Shown here: positions 10,536 to 20,383 of the stretch, piece by piece | How positions within the stretch are numbered: position 1 is the stretch's first letter | How the letters are laid out: every line of letters begins with the position of its first letter | The notes under the pieces: generated by a model | Database searches by the model: none | The model's input: only the letters and a program-made list of their open reading frames with translations | Told to the model about the DNA's origin: nothing | Program-made: the position numbers and the translations under genes | Assembly (NCBI GenBank): GCA_017620845.1 | Contig: JAGAUJ010000003.1 | Span: forward strand, 46,136 to 110,135 | Direction of reading: 5' to 3' | DNA: 64,000 nucleotides | Source: Rickettsiales bacterium | GTDB lineage: Bacteria; Pseudomonadota; Alphaproteobacteria; Rickettsiales; UBA1997

Positions 10536-13460
10536 TTATTTATTATTTCTTAATTTTTCCTGATCCTTCTTATATTTTTCAAGCACTATTTTTAAATATT
10601 TACCCGTTAAACTTTTTTCATTTTCAACAACTTCCTCCGGGGTGCCTTGTGCAACAATATAACCACCTTTATTACCACCCTTTGGACCAATATCAATAAT
10701 CCAATCAGAAGTTTTTATAACATCCAAATTATGTTCTATAACCATAACAGTATTACCCTGCTCTACAAGTTTATGTAATACAGATAATAACCTTTTTATA
10801 TCATCCGAATGTAAACCAGTTGTTGGTTCATCTAAAATATAAATGGTATTACCAGTATCTTTTTTACTTAATTCTTTTGCCAATTTTATTCTTTGTGCCT
10901 CACCACCAGATAAAGTTGTAGCAGATTGACCTATTTTTATATAACCAAGTCCAACATCTTTTAATGCCTTAAACTTATCGTATACAAGTGGTTCCTTTGC
11001 AAAAAACTTACAAGCCTCTTCAACAGTCATATCTAAAACATCTGCAATATTTTTACCATTATACTCAATTTCTAAAATATCCCTATTATATCTCTTTCCA
11101 CCACAAACAGGACATTTTACAAAAACATCGGGTAAAAAATGCATTTCTATTTTTATACTTCCATCACCTTGACAATGTTCACATCTTCCACCTCTAACAT
11201 TAAAAGAAAAGTGATTTATTGAAAAACCTTTTTCTTTTGCCTCTGGTAAACTTGCAAATAAGTCTCTTATGTAAGTAAATACACCAACATACGTGCAAGG
11301 ATTTGATCTTGGTGTTCTACCTATCGGCGATTGATCTATTTGTATTATTTTATCTATATTATGTAAACCCTCAATTTTATCATATGGTGCCGGAATAATT
11401 TTTGCATTCATTAATAATCTTGAAAGCGCTTTATAAAGTGTTTGTAAAACAAGTGTAGATTTACCACCACCCGAAACACCAGTAACACTACAAAACACTC
11501 CAAGCGGAAATTCTACATCCAAATTTTTTAAATTGTTTCCTCTTGCGTTTTTTATAACTATCTTTTTTCTTGGATGTATTGGTCTTCTTACTGGCGGAAC
11601 AGGAATTGATTTAACACCACTTAAATATGCTCCTGTAATACTATTTGGATTATTTAAAATTTCTTCTGGTGTGCCTTGTGCAACAATTTGTCCACCATGA
11701 ACACCAGCACCAGGTCCAATATCTATAATATAATCAGCAGACATCATTGTTTCTTCATCATGTTCTACAACAATTACAGTATTTCCTAAATCTCGTAAAG
11801 TTTTCATTGTTTTAATTAACTTTTGGTTATCTGATTGGTGTAGACCAATAGATGGTTCATCAAGAACATAAATAACACCGGATAAACCTGTTGCAATTTG
11901 TGTTGCTAATCTTATTCTTTGACTTTCACCACCAGATAAAGTGCTTGATTGTCTACTTAAAGTTAAATATTCTATACCAACATCCATTAAAAAACTTAAT
12001 CTACTTTCTATTTCAGAAATTATTTTATCTGCAATAATTTTTTCATTATCATTTAAAGTTTTATATAAATTTTTAAAAAAATCATATATTTCATTAATTG
12101 ACATATCACATACTTCACCTATATGTTTGCCTTGTATTTTAACACTTAAAGCCTCTTCGTTTAGTCTATAACCCTTACACTCACTGCAAGTACACATACT
12201 TTGATATTTTCCCAATTCATCCCTTAGCATCTCATCTTTTGCTATAATATACCTTTCTTCTAAAATATTCATAACACCTTCAAATTTTGCCTTACACTTA
12301 ACGGTTTGTGTATTTTCTTCAATTTCAATATCAATTTCATCATCAAAACCATAAAATATTTTATGTTTTATTGTATCAGAATATCTATCAAATGGTGTTG
12401 TAATACTAAACTTGTATTTTTTTCCAAGTTTTTCAAGCATTTGTAAATATACTCTTGATTTTGAATCTGAATTAAATGGATCTATTGCGCCATCTTTAAT
12501 ACTTAATGTTGGATCCATAACAACAAGTTTTTCATCAAATCTTAATTCTGTTCCCAAACCATCACATTTTGGACAAGCACCAAATGGATTGTTAAACGAA
12601 AACATTCTTGGCTCAATACTATCAATAGTCATACCAGTTTCGGGACAACTATACTTATTAGAAAACCTTATATAGTCACTTTTTTTATATGTCTTTGTTT
12701 TTATTGTAAATTCTTCAACATCATTTGGTAAATCATTAATTTGCACAAGAATAACACCGTTATTAAACTCCAAACCAGATGCAACTGCGGTGGCCAATCT
12801 TTTTTCTATCCCAGCAGAAACAACAAAACTATCAACAACAACATCAATATCATGTTTTAATGTTCTATCTAATCTTGGCAACATTCCACTTATATCAATT
12901 ATTTCATTATCTACTCTAATTTTTGTAAAACCACTTTTTTTGATTTTTATTAATTCTTTTCTATGTTCGCCACGCGATTGTTTTACTGATGGTGCTAAGA
13001 CTGTTATTTTTGCTTTTTCTGGCACTGACATAATATCAATAACCATACTATCAACACTTTGACTAACAAGTGGTTTACCAGTTGCTGGTGAATATGGAAC
13101 ACCTATTCTTGAAAATAGCAATCTTAAATAGTCGTATATTTCTGTTGCAGTTCCAACTGTTGATCTTGGGTTTTTACCAACAACTTTTTGATCTATTGCA
13201 ATTGCTGGCGATAGGCCAGTTATGTAATCTGCTTCTGGTTTGTTTTGAACATTTAAGAATTGTCTCGCATAAGTTGATAAACTTTCTATATATCGTCTTT
13301 GACCCTCTGCATATATTGTGTCAAATGCTAATGACGATTTACCAGATCCACTTAAACCAGTTATAACAACTAATTTGTTCTTTGGTATTTTGATGCTTAT
13401 GTTTTTGAGATTATGTTGTCTACAACCAATTACTTCTATAAAATTATGTTCTGTTGTCAT
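10536..13460 (-). CDS. uvrA: Excinuclease ABC subunit A
   Basis: 974 aa with two ABC ATPase modules (GLSGSGKSS and GVSGGGKST Walker A; two LSGGE signatures) and zinc-finger Cys clusters (CPKCDG, CEHCQGDG, CPVCGG). Confidence 0.97.
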   Translation of the reverse strand: MTTEHNFIEVIGCRQHNLKNISIKIPKNKLVVITGLSGSGKSSLAFDTIYAEGQRRYIESLSTYARQFLNVQNKPEADYITGLSPAIAIDQKVVGKNPRSTVGTATEIYDYLRLLFSRIGVPYSPATGKPLVSQSVDSMVIDIMSVPEKAKITVLAPSVKQSRGEHRKELIKIKKSGFTKIRVDNEIIDISGMLPRLDRTLKHDIDVVVDSFVVSAGIEKRLATAVASGLEFNNGVILVQINDLPNDVEEFTIKTKTYKKSDYIRFSNKYSCPETGMTIDSIEPRMFSFNNPFGACPKCDGLGTELRFDEKLVVMDPTLSIKDGAIDPFNSDSKSRVYLQMLEKLGKKYKFSITTPFDRYSDTIKHKIFYGFDDEIDIEIEENTQTVKCKAKFEGVMNILEERYIIAKDEMLRDELGKYQSMCTCSECKGYRLNEEALSVKIQGKHIGEVCDMSINEIYDFFKNLYKTLNDNEKIIADKIISEIESRLSFLMDVGIEYLTLSRQSSTLSGGESQRIRLATQIATGLSGVIYVLDEPSIGLHQSDNQKLIKTMKTLRDLGNTVIVVEHDEETMMSADYIIDIGPGAGVHGGQIVAQGTPEEILNNPNSITGAYLSGVKSIPVPPVRRPIHPRKKIVIKNARGNNLKNLDVEFPLGVFCSVTGVSGGGKSTLVLQTLYKALSRLLMNAKIIPAPYDKIEGLHNIDKIIQIDQSPIGRTPRSNPCTYVGVFTYIRDLFASLPEAKEKGFSINHFSFNVRGGRCEHCQGDGSIKIEMHFLPDVFVKCPVCGGKRYNRDILEIEYNGKNIADVLDMTVEEACKFFAKEPLVYDKFKALKDVGLGYIKIGQSATTLSGGEAQRIKLAKELSKKDTGNTIYILDEPTTGLHSDDIKRLLSVLHKLVEQGNTVMVIEHNLDVIKTSDWIIDIGPKGGNKGGYIVAQGTPEEVVENEKSLTGKYLKIVLEKYKKDQEKLRNNK

Positions 13461-13552
13461 TTTAATGGAATATTATTTATTTGATAATTTATTATATAAA
13501 TAAATTAATTATAATTGCAAGTGTAATTTAATAAAATCACCACATAAATTTA

Positions 13553-15076
13553 TTATGTAGAAAAACTTGTCTCCTTAAACATTAAAGCCTCTTCAATATG
13601 TCTTTCTTCAATATTATTAGATTGTTCTAAATCAGCAATAGTTCTTGCTACTTTAATTATTTTATTATATCCTCTTAAAGATAAATTATAAACTTGATTT
13701 GCTAATTTAATAATATTTTCACATTTATTATTAAGTTTCATATACTTATCTATTTCATTATTACTTGCACAAGCATTGAGCATTCTATGATTAGATATTG
13801 AATCTTTATATCTTTCTATTTGAATCTGTCTTGCTATTTTTACTCTACTTTTTACTATTATAGATGTTTCATTATTAATAGATTTTGCTTTTTCTTTGAA
13901 GATGTCTATTTTTGGAATATCAACAGTTATATCAAACCTATCTAAAACTGGACCTGAAATTTTATTTTGATATTCTTGTGCACACAACGGTGATCTTTTA
14001 CATTGTTTTGCTATATCTCCATAATGTCCACACCTACAAGGGTTCATTGCACCAATTAACTGAAACTCTGCTGGATATGTTATATTTTGTGTTGCTCTTG
14101 CAATAGATACTTTACCAGTTTCAAGCGGTTGTCTCAAAGAATCTAAAACTTGCCTTGAAAATTCCGGTAATTCATCCAAAAACAATATTCCATTGTGTGC
14201 TAATGAAATTTGACCGGGTTTTGGCCTACTTCCACCACCAACCATAGCAGGCATAGAACAAGAATGATGTGGGTCTAAAAATGGTCTTTTATTTATTAAT
14301 TCTCCATTTAAAAGCCCACCAGAAATACTATTAATTATATTAACTTCTAGCATTTCTTTTGGCGTCAAATCTGGCAATATACTCAATATCCTTTGTGCCA
14401 ACATTGACTTTCCAGTTCCAGGTGGTCCTATCATTAACAAATTATGTCCCCCAGCAGCAGCAATTTCTAATGCTCTTTTTCCTTGTCTTTGTCCATATAC
14501 ATCTTTTAAATCTGGATAAATTACTTCTCTTGATTTTATATTCAAAATTGGTTTTTCAATTTCACATCTTCCATTTAAATAATTTATTAATGTCAGTAAA
14601 TTATCAACAGCAACTATTTGCATATCACTATTAGCCCACAAAGCCTCTCTGGCACAAGATTTTGGACAAATAATTCCTAAATTTCTTTCATTGGCACCAA
14701 TAGCAACTGGTAATATTCCACTAACTGCATTTATAGAACCATCAAGCGATAATTCCCCAACCACAACAAAATTATCTATACTTTCTTGCGATATTATACC
14801 CATTTCTATTAATAAACCAATAGCCATAGGCAAATCTAAATAACTACCTTCTTTATTAATATCAGCAGGACTTAAATTAATTACAAGCCTTTGTGCTGGA
14901 AAACTTAAACCAATAGAATTTATACTCGCTCTTATTCTTTCCTTTGCTTCATTAACTGTTTTATCTGGAAGTCCAACAATATTAAAAGCAACCATACCAG
15001 AAGACAATTTTACTTCTACATTTATATCAACAACTTCCGTTCCCAAAAAAGCAAATGTTTTTATTTTTGCTACCAC
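13553..15076 (-). CDS. comM: YifB/ComM family Mg-chelatase-like AAA+ ATPase
   Basis: 507 aa with a Lon-like N-terminal domain, Walker A GPPGTGKSM, Walker B LFLDELPEF and a C-terminal ChlI-like helical domain. The start codon is GTG. Confidence 0.9.
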   Translation of the reverse strand: MVAKIKTFAFLGTEVVDINVEVKLSSGMVAFNIVGLPDKTVNEAKERIRASINSIGLSFPAQRLVINLSPADINKEGSYLDLPMAIGLLIEMGIISQESIDNFVVVGELSLDGSINAVSGILPVAIGANERNLGIICPKSCAREALWANSDMQIVAVDNLLTLINYLNGRCEIEKPILNIKSREVIYPDLKDVYGQRQGKRALEIAAAGGHNLLMIGPPGTGKSMLAQRILSILPDLTPKEMLEVNIINSISGGLLNGELINKRPFLDPHHSCSMPAMVGGGSRPKPGQISLAHNGILFLDELPEFSRQVLDSLRQPLETGKVSIARATQNITYPAEFQLIGAMNPCRCGHYGDIAKQCKRSPLCAQEYQNKISGPVLDRFDITVDIPKIDIFKEKAKSINNETSIIVKSRVKIARQIQIERYKDSISNHRMLNACASNNEIDKYMKLNNKCENIIKLANQVYNLSLRGYNKIIKVARTIADLEQSNNIEERHIEEALMFKETSFST

Positions 15077-15481
15077 TTAATTATCCTTTTTTATGTTATA
15101 AAATATAAGTTCCGGTCTATCTTTCATTACAATCTCATCGGTATTACCATTAAAAATTATAGTTTTTGATAAACCATTAACAAAATCACTATTTATATTT
15201 ACATCATTTAAAATAATATCGTTATAAGAATTTTTTACAATAGCACTATTTGATGTAATATAAATTAAATCATCGTGTTCATTATTTATTTGTAATATTG
15301 GTTTTTCCACTAACTCAGTATTTACATATTCATTAACTACATTATGTGAAGCACCAAAATTAACAATTAAACTCCAAATCATTAATATATATATTGATAT
15401 GCCAATAAATAATAATATTAATCTTAAAAATACAAAAATACACTTATAAATAAATAATTTTTTACAAATTTCTTTATACAT
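15077..15481 (-). CDS. Hypothetical membrane-anchored protein
   Basis: 134 aa with a single N-terminal TM helix followed by a beta-rich soluble part. It occupies the position after tolB where pal is normally found, but it has no OmpA/Pal motif. A weak LptC-like pattern is present only. Confidence 0.5.
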   Translation of the reverse strand: MYKEICKKLFIYKCIFVFLRLILLFIGISIYILMIWSLIVNFGASHNVVNEYVNTELVEKPILQINNEHDDLIYITSNSAIVKNSYNDIILNDVNINSDFVNGLSKTIIFNGNTDEIVMKDRPELIFYNIKKDN

Positions 15482-15485
15482 AATC

Positions 15486-17045
15486 TTAAAAATTCATTAC
15501 CCAATCTGGATCACTTGCACCCTCGTTATCAGGTGTATTTAGTTGATATTCATTTCTTGTTAAAATATCCATTATAAATATTTTTGGAATACTACCTTTA
15601 CCAAATGGGGATGTTTGTTTTGTATATATCAAATATCTTGAATTTGGCGCCCACCTTACACCCTCTATTAAATAATTACTTGCTAATATTCTTTCTCCCT
15701 CTCCACCAGAAGTCATTATACCAAGATAAAAATTACCTTTAAATATTTTTATAAAAGCAATTAATCTACCATCTGGTGACCAAGATGGCTTATCATATAT
15801 TCCAGCACCATTACTTATTTGTTTCTCTTCTTCTGTTTTAAGATCTTTTACATATAATTTTCTTGAACCAGTTTTATCTGAAACATAAACAATTTTACTA
15901 CCATCTGGACTAAAACTTGCGCAGGTATTAATATTTTTATTATTTGTAAGTTTTTTATTTATTTTTTTATCTAAATCAAACAAATACAAATTAGTTCCCT
16001 TGCCCTCTTCCGAACCAGATACTATTAATTGATTTTCTCCATTTGGATTAAATGTTGCAGCACTTGTCATTTCTTGTTTTTTTGTAGAAATTTTTAAAGA
16101 TTTATTATTCTGTAAATTATGTTTTACAATAAATGGTCCACTTTGATCATATTCTAAATAAAATACCTCATTTTGATTATATTTAGAAAAAATTGGTGTT
16201 AATTTTAAATTATTACCGCTTGTTATTTTTGTATTTTTTGATCCATCAAAATTCATTATCGCCACTTGCTTTTTTCTGTTTTTAATATTACCAGTTTCCG
16301 ATATATACATTATTTTACTATTAAACAATCCACCATTTTCACCTGTTGTTTGTTGAAAAATAAAATCAGCCACAACATTACCAAGTTTATCAGCATCTGT
16401 TGTTAAAGTATCTATTATATAATATTTACCTTCCAAAAATTTTTCATCTATTGCATCCCAAATAAAAACATCTAACCTTATTTCATGCTCCTTGGTAATA
16501 CTTATATCGCTACTTATAATATAACTGTTATCATTTAATTCCTCAGAAAACACATATTCACTAATATCGTGACTATTACTATTGTTTATAAAATTTGTTA
16601 TATTAATACATGAATCATAATCATAACTAATACTATATAAGTTTGTAATATTTAAGTTATCAATTATTTTTTTATATGTATTAAAAAATAAATTTACATT
16701 GTGTTCACTACTATAATTCGTATATGTTTTTATTATTTTATGTTGAGTTTCAATATTACTATTATTAATATCAATAGTATTATTTAATTCATTAGACTCT
16801 ATTGAGTTTAATAAATCATTCATTTCTTTGGCCGTATTATCATTTTTTTCATTTGATTCATAATTTTGTGTTGTTACAACATTACTAAACTCTTCTTTAC
16901 CAACTAAACATGGTTTTAATATTTTTATTTTTATTTTATTATCAAAATTACCAATGGACATTAAGCTATTATCATAAGCAACATCAGCAAAAGATCTTAT
17001 AATACAAAAAAGATAAATAAAAAATACATAATAAACTCTTTTCAT
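15486..17045 (-). CDS. tolB: Tol-Pal system beta-propeller protein TolB
   Basis: C-terminal WD-like propeller repeats (FSPDGSKIVYVSD, WSPDGRLIAFI, WAPNSRYLIY). Starting at MKRVYY... gives a signal peptide; the ORF could extend to 17072. The N-terminal domain contains a long Asn-rich insertion. Confidence 0.85.
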   Translation of the reverse strand: MKRVYYVFFIYLFCIIRSFADVAYDNSLMSIGNFDNKIKIKILKPCLVGKEEFSNVVTTQNYESNEKNDNTAKEMNDLLNSIESNELNNTIDINNSNIETQHKIIKTYTNYSSEHNVNLFFNTYKKIIDNLNITNLYSISYDYDSCINITNFINNSNSHDISEYVFSEELNDNSYIISSDISITKEHEIRLDVFIWDAIDEKFLEGKYYIIDTLTTDADKLGNVVADFIFQQTTGENGGLFNSKIMYISETGNIKNRKKQVAIMNFDGSKNTKITSGNNLKLTPIFSKYNQNEVFYLEYDQSGPFIVKHNLQNNKSLKISTKKQEMTSAATFNPNGENQLIVSGSEEGKGTNLYLFDLDKKINKKLTNNKNINTCASFSPDGSKIVYVSDKTGSRKLYVKDLKTEEEKQISNGAGIYDKPSWSPDGRLIAFIKIFKGNFYLGIMTSGGEGERILASNYLIEGVRWAPNSRYLIYTKQTSPFGKGSIPKIFIMDILTRNEYQLNTPDNEGASDPDWVMNF

Positions 17046-17055
17046 AAATACCCCA

Positions 17056-18201
17056 TTATTTAGTTTCATCAAAAATAAAATTAATATTTTGCCAACTTTG
17101 ATATTTTGTTGATGGTAAATTTCTTATTGGATTACAATAAGCCAAAGCAACCCTTGCATTATTTATTGCAACATCATAATCCTCTGGAGAAAACTTATTT
17201 TCATCATCTATAACTTTTATTTTTATTTCTTTTGAATCTATTATTCCATCCATAAACAATTTTATTGTAACAGATGTTTTAACCATACTTTTTTTACCTG
17301 TTTGTATAAGCGCATTTTTATAACAAGAAACCAATTGATTTTGAACCACCATCCTTTCTCTGGCAGATAAACCAAAACCACTATTTTCTCTTTTTATTAT
17401 TTCTTTTATTTGTTTTAGGTCTTTTTGTGTAAAAATTTTATCAACATCTATATTTAACAACAAATTTTTATTGTGTTCGTTATTGTTCTTTGTAATAATT
17501 TGTTCATTACCACTCATAACAACTTTTTTATTTAGATTATTTTTATTATTAGTCTTATTATTGTTTGTAATTTTTGATAAAATTTTATCCAAATCCTGAA
17601 TGTTTTGTTCATTTTTATTAACATTGTTTATTGTGTTATTATTTGTTTTATTTATATTGTTTTTATTTATATCCGCTACAATATTTTCTAATCTATCTTT
17701 TTCTGCGTTTGTAGATATATTTTTATTAGTATTATTTTGTTTTACAACTTCAACCATTTTCATTTTTTCTTCTTGTTTTTTAACATATCTTTTATAGTCT
17801 GTTGGCCCCAAATATAACACATATTCATTATTTTTGTTATTATAATTATTATTTGCATTAATTATTTTTTTTACAGCATTAATATCTAAATTGGTATTTA
17901 TATTATTAATATCTTCTTGTAGTGGTGGTAAAACTTTATTTTCATTTTTTATTGATTTAGATATTTTATATAAATCTATTTTATCTTGTAAAGACAGCTC
18001 TGGAAATAAATCTGTTTCTGTTGTTTTAATTTCATTATTAGCAAATAAAGATTTATCTATATTAATTATATTTATATGTGTTATTTCTTTATTTATTACA
18101 CTATTTATTGTATCATTGAAAAATAATATCAATAAAAATAAAACATGTAAACACAAAGAATATAACAAATTTCTAATCATTTCTTTTTTTGCTTTTTTCA
18201 T
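17056..18201 (-). CDS. tolA: TolA-like protein
   Basis: 381 aa with an N-terminal TM anchor, a long Asn/Lys-rich linker and a C-terminal TolA/TonB-C-like domain. It sits between tolR and tolB. Confidence 0.6.
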   Translation of the reverse strand: MKKAKKEMIRNLLYSLCLHVLFLLILFFNDTINSVINKEITHINIINIDKSLFANNEIKTTETDLFPELSLQDKIDLYKISKSIKNENKVLPPLQEDINNINTNLDINAVKKIINANNNYNNKNNEYVLYLGPTDYKRYVKKQEEKMKMVEVVKQNNTNKNISTNAEKDRLENIVADINKNNINKTNNNTINNVNKNEQNIQDLDKILSKITNNNKTNNKNNLNKKVVMSGNEQIITKNNNEHNKNLLLNIDVDKIFTQKDLKQIKEIIKRENSGFGLSARERMVVQNQLVSCYKNALIQTGKKSMVKTSVTIKLFMDGIIDSKEIKIKVIDDENKFSPEDYDVAINNARVALAYCNPIRNLPSTKYQSWQNINFIFDETK

Positions 18202-18617
18202 TATAATCTATCATATGCATCACTAATTAATATTACATCCTTAAAACCACTATCATTAAGTTTGCCAACAATACTTAATACATTTCCATAATTATTTCTT
18301 CTATCTGCTATAACATAAATTTTAATATTTTTATCTTTTAATGACACTTTATCAACAACTTTAATTAAATCATTAATATGTATTGCTTTATTATTAACAA
18401 AAACACTTCCATCTTTTTTTAATACAACCTTTATAGGATCTTTTTCAAGAACTGTTATTTTTGCATTAGCAGGTGGTAATTCTATATCTATATTACCAAA
18501 CAATGCTTGATTCGGAACCATAAAAGCAACTAATATAGAAAATATAATATCTATAAATGGTGTCATATTTACATTAACTTCTTCTAAATCTGTATTCTTT
18601 TTTATAATTCGTCTCAT
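18201..18617 (-). CDS. tolR: Tol-Pal system protein TolR (ExbD/TolR family)
   Basis: 138 aa with the ExbD/TolR N-terminus (INVNMTPFIDIIFSILV) and a single TM helix. It follows tolQ. Confidence 0.85.
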   Translation of the reverse strand: MRRIIKKNTDLEEVNVNMTPFIDIIFSILVAFMVPNQALFGNIDIELPPANAKITVLEKDPIKVVLKKDGSVFVNNKAIHINDLIKVVDKVSLKDKNIKIYVIADRRNNYGNVLSIVGKLNDSGFKDVILISDAYDRL

Positions 18618-18622
18618 AAAAA

Positions 18623-19315
18623 TTAATCCATTTCTTTTGATAAAATACTTAAAACTTCTAATTTAAAATTTTCCAATTCTTCTTCATAATTATTAATTTG
18701 TGATTTTATAAAATAATATGCAGCAGTCGCTGGAATTGCGGTTAACATACCAACTATTGTTGTTACAAGTGAAGAACTAATACCAGGTGCTATTGTTGTA
18801 AGTGTAGCATCTTTCATTATAGAAATTGCCTTAAAAGCAGAAGATAAACCCCAAGCAGTTCCAAATAAACCAAGCAATGTAGAGGTTGTGCTAACAATTA
18901 ATAAAAAACTTAAACCACCTTTTATTTTTTTTAAAGATCTATTAATAGCAACACTCATGACATCATACAATCTGTCTTTTAAAGAATTTTTTCTACCAAC
19001 ATCATTTGTTTTTATAATATTTTGAACATTTGAGTTTGTCCACTCTTGCATTGCAGATATAAAAACAACAATAGATGGACATTTTGTGTTGTTTTTTACT
19101 TTTTGATAAATATCCTCCAACATATCACCAGACCAAAATAATTTTTCAAATTTTGATGTTTTTATTGACATTAATTTAAATTTAAAAAACTTTTCAAAAA
19201 TCAATGTCCAAGAAAATATAGACATACCTATTAAAATAAATAATATCGCCTTTGTTATAAAATCTGAATGTAGTAGGGTTGCAAATATTTGTAAAGTTAT
19301 ATTTTGTGTATTCAT
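18623..19315 (-). CDS. tolQ: Tol-Pal system protein TolQ (MotA/TolQ/ExbB family)
   Basis: 230 aa with three TM helices and the conserved C-terminal channel region (GLFGTAWGL...IAPGISSSLVTTIVGMLTAIPA). Confidence 0.9.
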   Translation of the reverse strand: MNTQNITLQIFATLLHSDFITKAILFILIGMSIFSWTLIFEKFFKFKLMSIKTSKFEKLFWSGDMLEDIYQKVKNNTKCPSIVVFISAMQEWTNSNVQNIIKTNDVGRKNSLKDRLYDVMSVAINRSLKKIKGGLSFLLIVSTTSTLLGLFGTAWGLSSAFKAISIMKDATLTTIAPGISSSLVTTIVGMLTAIPATAAYYFIKSQINNYEEELENFKLEVLSILSKEMD

Positions 19316-19384
19316 TTTTCTTGTATAAATAATTTAATTATTTAATATAATATTATCTATAATAACATATTTTGCAATAAAAAA

Positions 19385-20383
19385 ATGAAGAAATTTTTAT
19401 TTATATGCAATAAAGGAGAAGATGAAATTAGAATTGATAAGTTTGTTCATAATAATATTGTAAAAAATGATAATTATAAAACATTGTCAAGAAGAAAAAT
19501 ACAAGAGTTTATAAAAGGAAGTATGTTAAAAAAAAACAATGAAGTTTTTAATGATAATACATATAAAATAAAAACTGGAGATATTGTAGAAATAGAAATA
19601 TACGAAAATAAAGAAATAAAACCAGAAAAACAAAACATACCATTAAATATTGTTTATGAAGATGATGATTTATTAATTATAAATAAACAGGCTGGTTTAA
19701 TAACTCATCCAGGTGCTGGAAATTATGATAATACATTAGTAAACGCCCTACTCTTCTATTGTGGAGACAATCTATCAAATATAAATAACCCAATAAGACC
19801 TGGTATAGTCCACAGGTTAGATAAAGATACAACTGGGTTAATGGTTGTAGCAAAAAACAATCACACACATGAAATATTAAAACAACAATTAAAAGATAGA
19901 ATATTAAAAAGAAAATATAATGCTATAATATGGGGAAATATTGTCCCACCACAAGGTATAATTGAAGGTTATATTAATAGATGTAAAACAAATAGATTAA
20001 AAATGGAATTAACAAAAGATAATACTGGTAAATACTCCTTAACTAATTATAAAACTTTAGAAAATTATGGAAGTGTAGCAAGTTTAGTTGAATGTGAGTT
20101 AGATACTGGAAGAACACATCAAATAAGGGTTCATTTTAGCAGTAAAAAACACCCATTAATTGGTGATTATAATTATGGTGGAAATTTAAGAAAAATAAAA
20201 GGTGAAGAAAATAAATATAAAACTTTTATAGAACAATTCCCAAGACAAGCCTTACACTCAAAAGTTATAAAATTTATTCATCCAAGAACACAAAAAGAAA
20301 TGTTTTTTGAAAGTGATTTACCACAAGATATGAAAGATTTAATAAATAATCTTAAATTATTAAACAATGTTAACAAATATTAA
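19385..20383 (+). CDS. rluD: RluA-family 23S rRNA pseudouridine synthase (RluD-like)
   Basis: 332 aa with an N-terminal S4-like domain, the catalytic motif HRLDKDTTGL and TGRTHQIRVH. Confidence 0.85.
   Translation: MKKFLFICNKGEDEIRIDKFVHNNIVKNDNYKTLSRRKIQEFIKGSMLKKNNEVFNDNTYKIKTGDIVEIEIYENKEIKPEKQNIPLNIVYEDDDLLIINKQAGLITHPGAGNYDNTLVNALLFYCGDNLSNINNPIRPGIVHRLDKDTTGLMVVAKNNHTHEILKQQLKDRILKRKYNAIIWGNIVPPQGIIEGYINRCKTNRLKMELTKDNTGKYSLTNYKTLENYGSVASLVECELDTGRTHQIRVHFSSKKHPLIGDYNYGGNLRKIKGEENKYKTFIEQFPRQALHSKVIKFIHPRTQKEMFFESDLPQDMKDLINNLKLLNNVNKY

Noticed and set aside
10988-13503. A series of + strand ORFs (69-98 aa) antisense to uvrA.
   Set aside because: They are shadow ORFs within uvrA and have no motifs, RBS or independent support. 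The same reasoning applies to antisense or alternate-frame ORFs inside comEC (1257-1490), the 654-aa ORF, comM, tolA, aroA, aroC, secF, dnaK, murC, glyQS and rplB.
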